Origin: Asterias rubens | Taxonomy: Eukaryota | Direction: 5' to 3' | NCBI RefSeq assembly: GCF_902459465.1 | Contig: NC_047080.1 | Location: 12,214,001-12,278,000, forward strand | Length of the DNA: 64,000 bases | Shown here: piece by piece, positions 1-12,824 of the stretch | How the letters are laid out: each line of letters begins with the position of its first letter | How positions within the stretch are numbered: position 1 is the first letter of the stretch | Position numbers and translations under genes: made by a program | The notes under the pieces: generated by a model | The model's input: the letters and a program-made list of their open reading frames with translations, nothing else | Databases searched by the model: none | Told to the model about the DNA's origin: nothing

Positions 1-1865
1 ATATAATAACATAATCTTCTCGAGTCCCACAGGAATTTTTCCCTCACAAGTTGAAACCGAGACGTAAACTATGAGAAGAGCCTACGACTATTATAGCACT
101 CCGCGCCCTGGGGTTGACTTCAGCATGCATTCACTGAAGGTTACATGGAGGGCGAACCCCATGGGGCGCTGCTTTTATACCAGCCGATCTTTGCACTGTG
201 GTTTCAGTTCAAATAAAATCACTACAATATGTGATGGACCTTTCAATAATGTAAACTTGAATGAAGTTGAGTCATTGGGGGAAAACGGTTCATCGTGAGC
301 AAGCTGGCTTGTTGTCTTGATGTTGCTACCACATTCATAACTTTACTCGTATTCTTCAGAGAGAAAAGACCAACACACACAACGTTGTATATTGTCTATC
401 TGTTGTACTAGTATTCCCATAGAAGGAATCAGTCAATCAGCTCAAAAGTTACATCCCTTTATGTCTGAGAAGGAACAAGACAATGTGTGCCTTAATTTCC
501 ATTAAAGCGGCACTACTGTGTTCTGAAAGTTTGCAAAATGTTCAGAGTAAATTAAAAAATGTTAGCCAATAAAATTGCCAGGCTGAACTTCGTAGCTAGC
601 ACAAGCGCTAAAAGCACACAATGGAACCATGCTGATGCAAGTAGAATCAGATACCGAGACCGATACAAAGACAGAATTCCAGACCAGAATCTTGAGGGGG
701 GATATTACGGGCAATCAGAGGACACCTCGGGGCCTCTGAAGAAACAACAAACGGGGGGGGGGGGTACTTGCAAAATGGTTTTAGAACCAGAAGCCGGTTT
801 GAATCGAACCCGATGACAAACACATGTATTCCGCAAAGGTAAACAAAGCTCAATCAGTCAAAACAAAGTAAACGTGGAAACTAGAAAGCCGCTGACCCTA
901 ATAACCGCCTCAATCTACACCCGTGTGGCACCCCTGTGTTAACTTTTGGCCCTTGTCCGGTACGTCAAATCAAAACACAACAAGAGCATTCGAAATATAG
1001 TTGAAGCATTGATCTATGGTTGAAGAGTTTAGCAAATAAACATATCAATTCAATGCACACACTTGAAAAATGAATTTGAAGACAATGTGTCTGAGAGATT
1101 TACATTATGTGATTCTCAAAACCATTAATTACAATGTCAATGGAATAATGACATTGCTTGGCCAAGGCTCGAGCCTGCCTGGACCGGATACAGTCAAACC
1201 AGCTAGGCATTCCGAAACTGAAGGTATATCTTATACTCATTTTATGCTTCAAAACTCCAAGTTTGGGTATTATTATTGATCATAAAATCAAACTGTAATT
1301 GTCCATCAGTAAATATGAAAAGGTCTTGTACAAACACTTCTCAAATAACTGATACATGCTCGAATTCGCGGCCATAAAGAAAACATAGCCAAATACGCGG
1401 GAAGATCGCGCCAACTTTTTACAGACCTGCAAAATATGAACACGTGTCCGAACAAGCCGCGTGGAGTTGGGACAAGATAATTATGATTTACTGCTGCGGC
1501 TGCCTCAAGTCGTCAAAGAATTATTCGATTATCGCATACTATGTAACATACATATACCGATATCCTTATACCATCTGCAGCATGGTCCGATGGTCCCAAG
1601 GTCTTTATGATGATCTTAAAACCATTCTACTGATCTCCAAGGTTTTTTGCTACTGTTTTAAAATGTTAGGCCCACAAAATGCCCCTCCGGTATTGGTGGA
1701 CAGGTCTAGGCCCATATATGGTTATAATACTTCACTGTTTTGAGTACCTTTATTAGAAATAAGTCCTTTAGTACCAATATGCCCCTCAACGCCCCACAAA
1801 AAAGACCCACAAAAATACAAGAAACTAACAAAACTCCCCAAAAATTAAACAAACAAATCCCAGCC

Positions 1866-1982
1866 CAACACCACCACCACCAACAACAACAACACCACCA
1901 GCAGCAGCAACAGCAACAGCAACATAATCAAAAAAAAAAAAACCAGAACATCAACAACAACAACGGTTACACAACAGCAACA
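1866..1982. repeat. CAA/CAC/CAG trinucleotide microsatellite
   Basis: Runs of caa, cac and cag followed by an A-tract. They produce the spurious poly-Q/H ORF 1740-1991. Confidence 0.85.
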
Positions 1983-4520
1983 CAAATTTAATGCTCTTTT
2001 TTCAATACTCCAAATGGCGCATTTCCCTCACATCTGCATTATATTTTTTAAATTTCTCTTTCAAATAATTCTCTTCTTCAGATAGGTCTTCATAAAACAA
2101 ACTAGACCTGAATCCCCTACGATATATGATTTCCGCATCCAGTTTTCCCACCGTGTTAATACAATGAGACCATGGAGGAAGAAAACAGAGATACCATCAA
2201 AGTTTTGCATTCACGCTGAGTTCAGCCCACTCGAAGTACGCGACACCCGACATACTTCACGTATCATCATCGCCCAACAATTTTCATACAACCCCAAACC
2301 TTAACCAATGTGATGAAACCAACGAGAAAGCCCAGACCGAAGTGTCAACAGTATCAATTTCTATAGACACCACAGGTCATTTTCACTGTTTATGATTATG
2401 ATTTACAAGATGCAAGGGATTGCACAATATTTAAGGGGACAAGGTCGGGGGGGTTGCTGGCACCTAGCCACCATGCTCGTAGACAAGTGAACTCAACGAT
2501 ACAACACGAGGTCTCATTCAGAACTGAGCAGGATGTAATGCACTTTTAATAGGTCTATCAGTTTTTCACTCTCTAGAGAGAAGAAAAGGTTCTCGTTAAA
2601 GTGAGACTGAAGTTTGTTTTATTTTTACAAAATCACAATGACCTCAAAACGTATGCATTAATGAAAATATCTTCACAACTGGTGCATAATTTCCATCAAA
2701 TGCAAAAGTTGAATCTCGTGTCATTGTGAAACTTGAAACAGGTCACATGTTCAAATTGCTGCTGCTTCTTTCCCACATTTTTGCTCGACAAAATCAGTTT
2801 ATTGTTCTCTGCATCAGCTCTCGTTCACTCAGCAATTTAGCTGGTTATGTTCTCGCTAAGCATCATTTATTAGTGCTCAGCAATTTTGAGAGCTTCATGA
2901 ATTGGAGCTGCTTCAGCACAAATAGTCAGAGCATGGAGAGCTAATCACAACAAAATTATGGTAGGCAAGCAGTGCCTTGAAATTGAGCACCGAACTATCT
3001 ACACGAGACTGAAGACAGTAATTGGACTTTCCCCTTAGGCCATAATGAAATACCTCATTAAAGAGATTAAAGCAGCACTGAACGTAACACCTGTGTATTG
3101 ATAGGACTGTATACCGGTGTCTGGTACCAGACTACCAGCTGTTACTGTGACCTTATATAAGGACGCTGGTCCTAGCACCCATTCCCCTTATTATCCCTGT
3201 TATAATCTCAGACGAATTTACCAATCGAGACCAGCCATTTAGCCCATCGACATCACCATAATTAGTGTTTATTGGCGCAAACTGAAACCACCAATGTTGC
3301 CTGTCAGTTCAGTTAATCTGAAAACGTACAAGTTTCACTGCTGTCTTATTTGTCTTTTTTTCGGCGTGGACTCTGGTGTGGACCCAAACGGGAGCGAACT
3401 CCGATAGGGGAAGAATGTTACGTGTTATCCAGCCAAGCACAGCTTGCTTCTATGTCGCCCAGGGGCCAGGTCTCAGCAAGTCCGATGACATGCGCCTCAG
3501 AGTCTCAAAGATCTCCAGGAGAACAGAAGTCAAGGAAGCTTTTCGCCAGTAGGCCTGTACGTACTTTTTTTTATGACTCTAGATGGACCACGTCAACAGA
3601 AAACCAGGACCAGTAAAAGCAAGCCCCCACAATGGTGTTTTACGAGGGGTAGATGTCATGATGCAGTAAATCGCACTGCACAACATGGACTGTCTACCCT
3701 ACCGGCACACGACAAAGTCGACTCTGTGTACAGCCGAGTCGCAAGCCGCTCCCAGGGGCTTTATTTCCAGCAATTTTTGCTGATGCGAGCCTAAATTTCC
3801 CCACGAAAGCCCATGCCACATGCCTGCACTTTAGAAGAACAACGAAGAGGAAAAAACCCAAAGTAATTACATTATGTTGTATTACGGTGACTAAAAATAG
3901 CTGGTAGGGTGACTGTATGGGAGTTGGGCTGAAGGAAACCCTTAATTAGTGTCAATGACTCCAGACAATAGTGTTTTAACACTTGATAATGGGGTAAATC
4001 CCTTGGCACATCAAGACTAGTCCTCGCACTTGACAAATGCATCCTTGTAATTTGTATTACATATTGTGCACAGTTAACAAATATAATTATTTATACCCGT
4101 TAATTATGATTTGTGGTCTAACTTTGCACCAATCCAAACTGTGTTATTTCTAAACAATATCACTCACTATGAACATAGAGGAAGGACAGAAGGAAGATCA
4201 CTACACTAGAAACAATATAAGATAAAAAGGATAGATAGTCAAGTTTTCCTTTTTGGTAAGTTTCAAAACGAGAACTCCAAACATGCAATGAATTGATAGA
4301 CCATGGGGTAGACATAGAAAGTCTAGCTCAAGGGCCAGGTTTAACGATGTGACAGTAACTCGTAAATTAACCCGCTGACAACTCTCTGAACTTATCAACC
4401 ACAAACAACCACATCAACCAATGGAGGACAGAATAAAACCAAAACACACGCCACTCACAAACTAACAAAAACACAATCTACACGTGTGAGATAATGAACA
4501 GGAAAAGGTGTACACTTTAC

Positions 4521-5480
4521 CAACGTCCTCCCGTAGTCACTGATCTCATCCTGTCCAAAGCTCCCCCGCATACTATTTTTTGCCTTCACGGGAGATATAC
4601 CTCTTCTCGGACGTTCTTTCGGTGTTTTTATTATTTAAAAATATGTCCTGTACGTGGAGTTTTCATCGAGTCAGGGGCAATTTTTAGGCGCCAACTTCCA
4701 TAAAATCCCGTTCTCCAGTTCTGGCGGCAGCTTCGATTAAATTCCTCCCTTGTAGTTGAAGCGAGCATACGGCACCAGACTCAACCTCCACTGCGAATCA
4801 TCATAATTCCATGTTATGCAATTCATTTAGGGGGAGACCAAGTAAAAAACGAGGTGGGACACAAGCTCTATGGTGGATGGACACACGGCTACGTTGTCAC
4901 GCACTCCGTGTAGTAAGAGCAGTCACCTACAACTAAACGGCACAGTAGAGGAACTCAAATTGAAGGTCCCCTTTCTGCACGGTGGTCAACGTGGCTGTGG
5001 AGTGAGTGTTGTGAATTTAGAAACAGTTGCCTCTCAGTTGGGTTCTTCCTGACTGAGTCTGGCGAGCTTTTTACCCATCTCGCAACCCTTTATCGCCCGA
5101 TGACAATAGGTGAAGGTAACTAACTTGTGAGTTACTCCGAAGAGGTGTGCGCTTCGGAGTATGAAAATACTCGCTGAGTTGTTACTAAAGAGTTGTCTCT
5201 TTTTTGAAGCAGACGGGACAAGCTGCTGCGATGCAAGAGGGCATTCTCCACCACCTCAAGTCAGTCCTGCGCTCGGGCCACACGTTGCAGACACATGGCA
5301 CAGCAGTCGGTGTTTTTTCCTCTTTTTTAACTTTCCCTTTTTTTTTCTTCTTCTCGTACTCCTCTCCCTTCCTGTAGCGTCCCGTCACCAGCGAAGTCAG
5401 CAGTCGCGACGTGGGGGTCAAAGGTCATCAAGAGCGAGTGTCTCACACAACAAGCAAGCGGCAGACACAATCAACCAATC
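4521..5480 (-). other. Possible first (leader) exon and promoter of a minus-strand gene whose CDS is not in the window
   Basis: CpG-richer block, CCAAT box (aaccaatcag near 5473-5482) and a donor-like TTG|GTAAAG at 4520. No recognisable protein. Confidence 0.3.
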
Positions 5481-6249
5481 AGAAGCGACGACGGACACTT
5501 TGCGTCATCATCATTCTCTATTACCCAACGGGTACAGCGGAAATGTTTAATAGCGTGGCTTTACCCGGGGGTTAAAACTCCGAATTAATATGTCATAGCA
5601 GCAATCCGGTCAGCCGGCTTGAAGGCATGGAGGTAGTTCTACATCCATGATCTAGGCAAATATTATTAGATCGCGAGAATATAATCAACAAAACAAACAT
5701 AATACAAGACATTGTGCCTCTTTTCACTGACATTGGGTAATACAAACAACCAAGTAAATACGACATATAAAGCCATTCCAGGTCGCACATCATTTTTCCT
5801 CTGGTAAGGGGCACTGTGCTATTTTTGTATTGGAACTTTGGACGGGCAAGCACCACAGCAAAAGCACAGGGCACCACGGCAATTGCTGTGGGGGTATTTC
5901 GAGGCCTGCCAATTCGGATAGAGCGTTTTCAAAAGGTTCCCAATTTAGTCCTTGTTCTGGTTTGTCAGCCGACACTCATCGTTGTTATATCTCTTAATTG
6001 GTGACTGTCAACCAGAGTTCACTGTCCACACTACGGCAAGTCCAACCTTTCTCCATGGTCCAACCTCGTATTCCGCTGCAAACAGAGTCCAGCCTCGGCA
6101 TTCAGTGAAAGCAAACAAAAAAGTTGCTATGATTTTGTGCCCAGAATTACCTTGGCATCACAGCGATTTTGAGAAGGGCAGCGGGAAAATATCAAATTTT
6201 TCCTTGTTTTTGTGTTTTCGTTTGCTGAATCCACTTTAGATGATTGGTA

Positions 6250-6288
6250 GCCTTCGAGAAAGACTCTGCTAAAGTCGAAACGTCAGGC
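6250..6288 (+). ncRNA. Minimal type I hammerhead-ribozyme-like motif of Penelope-like element type
   Basis: Stem I GCCT(6250-53)/AGGC(6285-88); core TCGAGAA(6254-60, U3-A8 variant of CUGANGA) plus one extra A; stem II GACT/AGTC; then GAAA-CG-TC. Related copies at 17511-17604 and 63616-63656. Confidence 0.6.
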
Positions 6289-6488
6289 CGTTAACCATTT
6301 CTTGCACTTACATGTACAGCTTTATGGTATATCATATGTCATGTTGGTTGGTAATCAATTTGCAACAGTTAATTCTATTTTCTCATAAGGCCAAGGGAAT
6401 GAATTGCAAAAAGTCCGCGTTAACAAGACGTGTTTTTATGGCATAAACACTGAATTGGATAAATCAAACATGAAGTATTGATCCTTAA

Positions 6489-6696
6489 AGACAGTGGACA
6501 CAATTGGTAATTACTCAAAATAATTATTATCATACAACCTTTCTTGATTATAAGCAATGGAGAGCTGTTGACAGTATAGAACATTGTGAGAAAAAGCTCC
6601 CTCTGAAGTAACGTAGTTTTCGAGAAAGAAGTAATTTTCGACGAATTTGATTTCATGACCTCAACTCGAAATCAAGCATATGAAAGCACACAACTT
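6489..6696 (+). mobile_element. 5' part of a TTAA-flanked MITE (Kolobok-type family A)
   Basis: TTAA|AGACAGTGGACACAATTGGTAATTACTC terminus; internal sequence matches copies at 8453, 18373 and 28670; right end missing. Confidence 0.8.
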
Positions 6697-8452
6697 TGAC
6701 AACATTAATTTGTTATACTGATTTCGGAGACTCAACTTTTGAAACGCGTTGCAAAGTGCACCGTACCAAAGGCAGCAACGGTGGACAATAACTATATAGC
6801 AGCGTGACAGAAAATAGCCAAATGGATACGTAATCTAGTACAAAACAAATATTCACTTACTATATTTTGAAATTACAGAAGATAATGTAACAAGTAGGAC
6901 ATCTAAAAGTAGGTTTTCTATTTCAGCCAATCAAAATAAATAAATTGAACTCCGTATGTCCAATGCATCCCTGGTGGACTATTTCAAATGAAACAGCCGC
7001 CATGTATGTAAACATTATTAAGTATTTTTAATACAAATTCTGTATTGCAGAGAAAAAGAAGAACAAAATTGTAGCAATGCGGTTTGAAGTATCGACGACG
7101 TACGCTGAGCAATGTCTGTCGACATCTCAACTCGACATCAAAGCCAGGGTGGGTTTGCGACGGTATGTATCCCCGGCCTGCCTGCAGTTCTATCTAGCGG
7201 CACGGTGAATAAAAACATATCCCTCGAGTCTTGTTACCCAAATTTGTTATTCCAAGATTTTATCGGCTGTTCTGTTCAAGCTGTAAAAACATATCATTGT
7301 TACATTTAGTCATGGATGTCTTTTACTTCTGATATTCAACAAGTTTCAAATGTTGGGGTCGTTGTAGCCGGCGATTGATGCGTACACTAAAGGTAGGCAT
7401 TATATTACACAATCTAAAAACTCCTGGGTTATCCAGATTCCGGGTTCCATCAGGAGATCTAATACATCAGGAAACCTATACATGGGTCAATCTGACCCGT
7501 TTAACCCAAATCTGCGTCAGTTTGACACATATCTGAGTCAGTTTGACCCATTTCTTGATCAGTTACTTATTTATGAGTCAGTTGACACAGATTCTGGGAT
7601 GCTGACCCATGAATGGGTCAGTCCACACAGGAATCAGAATCCAGGTCAATTCTGACCAGGGAGTGTTCAGGATGTCAAACTACGATAGAATAAAGGCGGT
7701 TTTCATTTGGCTCCCAACGTGAACTACTGTCTCCTGTGTAACAACATGATTATAAGAGATCGCATGCACAGGTCAAAGGTCAATGACTCAGCTGCAACGT
7801 GTCTCAACCCAACCTACTTTTAGCATATTATTTAAAGGTGTGCCGTTGGGATGTCGACCTGGCTTTGAGGTAACAAATTATATCATTGGGTTACAATGCT
7901 GGGAGCAACAAAACTCGTCAAAAAACCCAACTGTTTGAGCCAGCGAGGTCACGCTCACAAGGTCGCAAAGTTGTTACATTGCGGCGCTGGGCTTTTTATT
8001 TTATCCCACGTACAGTGGTAATACCATAATGTTGTGCTATAATCCACGTTGTTGATTTTCAAGCAGTTGCAGTAATTGCTGAACTGTGTTTGGAGTCCCG
8101 TCTCAGTTTAAATTGAAGTTTAATATCATTACAGTCTAAAAACATCCGGGTCATATATTGATCCGAATCAGGATCCCTGACCCAACATCTAATCCAATCT
8201 AATCATTAAACCACATCTCAGCATAATAGGGACTATGGGAACTATCATTGGTTTTTTGGGTCGCTTTCGAGGAAGATACACCTGCCGTTGATTATAACAT
8301 CTTTTAGGACTTAAAGGACCAGTTAAGTTCCGTATCCATAGACGTTCGTTAAAGGACGCACTGATCCTAAGTTACGGGACGAGCTACTCGTCCTAGCATG
8401 GTCCTAGTAACCTGAGATTCGGCGTTTCGTGGAATCGGCTGCAGCAGGTTAA

Positions 8453-8820
8453 AGGCAGTGGACACTAATGGTAATTACTCAAAACAATTATTAGCAGAAA
8501 AAACCTCAATTGTTAACGAGTAATGGGGAGCTGTTGATGGTATAAAACATTGTGAGAAACGGCTCCCTGTGAAGTAATGTAGTTTTCGAGAAAAGTAATT
8601 TTCCACGAATTTGATTTCGAGATATCAGAATTAGATTTTGAGGTCTCGGAATCAAGCATCTGAAAGCACACAACTTAGTGTTACAAGTGGTTTTTTTTCT
8701 TTCATTATTATAACTGAGTTCAATTTTTCACAGGTTTGTTATTTTCTGCATAATTATGTTGAGATACACCAAGTGAGAAGACTGGTCTTTGAAAATTACA
8801 AATAGTGTCAAGTATTTTTT
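8453..8820 (+). mobile_element. TTAA-flanked MITE, family A
   Basis: TTAA|AGGCAGTGGACACTAATGGTAATT left TIR and eroded right TIR (aatagtgtcaagta...|ttaa); internal sequence colinear with 28670-29054 in reverse. Confidence 0.85.
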
Positions 8821-11297
8821 TTAAACAATCTTATGAACAAACCAAGCACGTACGACCGCGAAATGTCACCGTGGGTAATTGTGGCCGCTTACCTACGTGA
8901 CTTCCTTGCGATTTCAGGTTTATAGAAGGTGCGAAACGCAGTGGATGCCTAATTTCTGCGGTTGTTTTGAAATTCACGAGTCCGTGATTTCACGATTGAA
9001 CTGACAACAAGCTGTAATGTATGTAACTGAAATAGTTTCGTCTGAAGGGAGGCCATATTCAAGAAAACTGCATCGAAAACCTTACAACAAATGTTAAAAC
9101 CCACAACAGCTGAATTTGGTTGTTACAACAAAACAGGGCAATAACCTATGGCTACTGTTACGTGCTTCAACTGCGCATGTTTTTCAGTATTTCCTCCCGA
9201 CCCACCACACAACGGATTAAGTTTTCACAGGTTTGCTATTTCATGGTTGATCAAATGAAACTTGAACACTGCCCACGTCTATTTTTATCAATTCCTGTAG
9301 AACACCTTTAAGCTTCATTACTTCATGGAAAATAATGACATTGCGTTTTGTGGTCCTTAGCAAATGATACATCTGTAGGAACAATACTTGACCTGACCTG
9401 AAGGCGATCAAAACATACTGATCGAAACGTCGCGTTGTCAACCACCGTTTTTTCAGCACTACTCAAAAGAGATTTACACATGGTGCTACCGCAAACCTCA
9501 ACCAATAATACTTCCACCATGCAAAGTTTCAAATCCTTAATATTTAACTGACCCATACTCCGTTTATTTGTCACTGTACATGGGAATAATTTGACTCCCA
9601 ACTGAAACTGACCTCAAAAGAACTCATAGTACAGTTCGCTACGTTGACACACTCATAATTCATGCCCTTTGCTTTCTCTCCCAGTTGGCTGTACAGACGG
9701 TCATAATTCTCCAGACGATTAGTGCCACTAGCGGCTTAAATTTATTCCAAATAGTCAGTGACTAAAACATCAACCTATTTTTTAAAATAATGACAATATA
9801 CCAAGACTGCACCATTTATTTCAACAAATCAAGAAATGGCTCTTTTGCAAAACAAAATGGTGGTGCAGCAGGACATGGCTGGCTGGTAACCGCCAGAGTA
9901 ACATTGAACAACGCCGTGTCAGTGGCAAAATGAGATTATGTCCCCTCAAACGGCGAATTTGTGCGGAAACTTCGTCTGATGGCGCCCTCTTTTGAATAAA
10001 CTTCATTCGGCCACAGGAAGGGGGACATACAGACACACATGGGGACAAAAATCCCCTCGGAGTTAATACGCCCTTTTCGAAACCCTGGCTAAGGGCTTGG
10101 GCTACGGCTAAAACTCCTTCCACCTGTTTGGAGGCCCATACCGAAAGCACACATTTTCACATTAACCGATGGAGCCCAAAGCCAGAGCCAAAATTCAAAC
10201 CGTAGTCTCGAAAACGCCCATCACATTGTCCAACGTTTGTCACGTCCCCAGTATCACATAATATAAGAATTACGTGAATACTGATTATCAGTTTGAGAGA
10301 GGGTCACCACCTATTTTGATCTTCTAACCACAAAGAAACCAATAGTTGCAAACTCTTCCATGAAAAGAACAGAGTGGTCGAACCTTCATAACGTCCAAAA
10401 ACAAAAAACATACTTTGAGAACACCGATCTAAATAACTATTTATTTTATAATCAAATTTAATTCAACAATATACCACGCACGAGCTAACCCCCCTGATGC
10501 AAAACTGTAATTGCTTCGCCAGAAGTGTACTCACACAGCACAAAAAAACTCAACACATAACACGCAAACAGTATTACAATAAGTAACAATGGTCGAAATG
10601 GGAATACATTTTTTTTCTTCAATTTCAATGGATTTATTCTACAGCTGTTGGCAATTCTCATGGGTAACGCAGGGCTTACCACTCCAGCTTTGCACAAGGA
10701 CCACTTTGCCAACTTAAAGTTCGCTTTCCTAAAAACAAACTTAGCGGCATGGTAGGAATGTTAATCATAGGCCTCTACATGATTATATACAAACACAATT
10801 TCTACCATTTAATGGAGTTTCTTCTCGGTACTTTGTCAAGACTAATTATAAAACTGTAAATTCCTTGTAAACGTTGTGACTTGTTTTCACTTTTCTCACC
10901 TAATGTTATAATGATTTAATGTATGATTGGGGAAATGTGACAACAAACCATTGTCCACGGGATAAAAAAATATAAAATAAAATAAATATATAAAAAATAA
11001 AAATATATTATATACAAACACTGTGTTTTTTTGTTAACACAAAAGCATGCCGGAACACAATTTCACTGTTTCGAAATGTACCAAAATGTACCCCCAGTAA
11101 AGAAAACCTCCATATTGTTCCAATTATAAAGTTACACATCCCATGATGTCTACTGTAGGTGGTAATAATTAGGGTTTCAAGTAGCCACTGATGAAATCAA
11201 TTAAAATAGTTTATTAGGAACAGCAGCTGAAATATGACACCAAGTGAGGGAGCCCTACAAAACTGTGAAGTGGGATTTCATATTGGGAAACCATCTG

Positions 11298-11364
11298 GGC
11301 CCAATTTAATACTGACTGGTAAAGCACAAAATTATCCTGCTAAGCAGCTTTATGAAATTTGGCC
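11298..11364. mobile_element. Short PIF/Harbinger-like MITE (GGCCCAATTTC TIR family)
   Basis: ctg|GGCCCAATTT ... GAAATTTGGCC|ccg; same termini as 18162-18322 and 63122-63298. Confidence 0.55.
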
Positions 11365-12824
11365 CCGTATTCCACTGAAACAAAATGTACAGTTTATTAT
11401 ACTACTTGGGGGTTGAATAAAGAATTGACTAGAGTGTGATGTGAACCAACGAACTCCGGAGTGCCGGCGCTCTACCAACTAACTATCCAGCCCTACCCCC
11501 CTATGCTGACAGTGTCCCTCTTTTGTCAATATCTTTGTTTTTGGTGTTTATTATTATACGAGTGACCATGAATAGCTATTTACTAACATTAACAAACATC
11601 ACAGGTATATTTTCCGTATTTCCCCGGCGCGCGTGTGATAACGTATTTATCTTCAAGCAAACTTGGCACGTGACCATAGAACACACAAGACGCAGGTAGT
11701 GATATTAGCCAGGCAATATAGGTTTTAATCACCACTCCGTTCTGCAAATCTGATTGGAGGATTAGCGCGTACTTGAAGATAACATTTATAATAGCGCTTC
11801 ATGTGTTATAAATAGATTGTTGATACAGTTACGGAGCTATGTGAAACCATGATGAAACTATTGGCAGTATGTAACCTTGGGGCAAATCTATTTCTAATCA
11901 ACATAGTTCGAAAGTAATTTTATATCAATTGAGGGCGCTAATACTATTTTCAATGGCCCCTGCATTTTTTTGAACAGATAATTTTGTTTGCTTGAAAATA
12001 ACCTTTTAAAAAAGCGGTTGTACCACGGTTCCAGACATAGCATTACAACTGCACTGGTGGTGTCCTTGACTACCGATGAGGCGACCTTTCACAAAATGGA
12101 AACAAAATTGAAAAAAATGCCTTGCCTTAGAAATTCAAACCAAAGTTTGGTATTCCCATTTCCTTCCTCCATGGTGTACCGCGCGCCATTGAGCTATGTT
12201 ATTGTTATGTACGTGTGTTTTTGTTCATTTAAAAACCAGAACACTGTCGGCCATAGATCTTCGAGAGGGCAATGCAAGGAATGCAAGGACATTTTCTTTT
12301 TGCAAAGGGCACTTCCACTTGGAAACTTTTAAGTGGGCCAAAGGCCATGACTGTGTAATTCCAGGCCTTGTGGTAGCGTTCCAAATTCTGAAAACCAGTG
12401 TACATTCAGCCGACGAGTCAGTCACTTCATTTGTACCCAAGTTGACTTGTTGATGTTGTATTTTTGTAGGGGTAGTTGAATTGGAGTTGGCCAATTTGGT
12501 AATTAATAATTTTGTTCTTGAATAATAATTATGTGCGAACGAAGAAATTACATGGACAGTAAGTTAGATACAGCATACAGTAACTTCACAAAGACACACA
12601 TTCTGTGGAAACAAATAACCATGGAGACTCACCACATTGCGTTGCATTGAAATGTCTTTTAGCTGTCACTGGATTTTTGAAACACGTGCATTCGTTGAAC
12701 TTTCTGGTCGCCTTCTAAAGCGCCCTCAGTTGACAGAGTAAAATTCCTGTCAAAATTTGTTGATTCGTTATAGCGCCCTCTGTTGAACTGGTAGCTAACT
12801 TAACACAATTTTTGCAAATTCAGC

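Noticed and set aside
1740-1991. Poly-Q/H ORF
   Set aside because: It is the translation of a CAA/CAG microsatellite, with a non-ATG start and no supporting splice sites.
3340-3800. Possible coding exon in a GC-richer block
   Set aside because: No recognisable domain in any frame and no consistent splice-site pair.
7405-7670. EnSpm/CACTA-like element with TGACCCA repeats (similar start near 8130)
   Set aside because: The internal repeats are visible, but the right terminus and TSD could not be identified, so it was not called.
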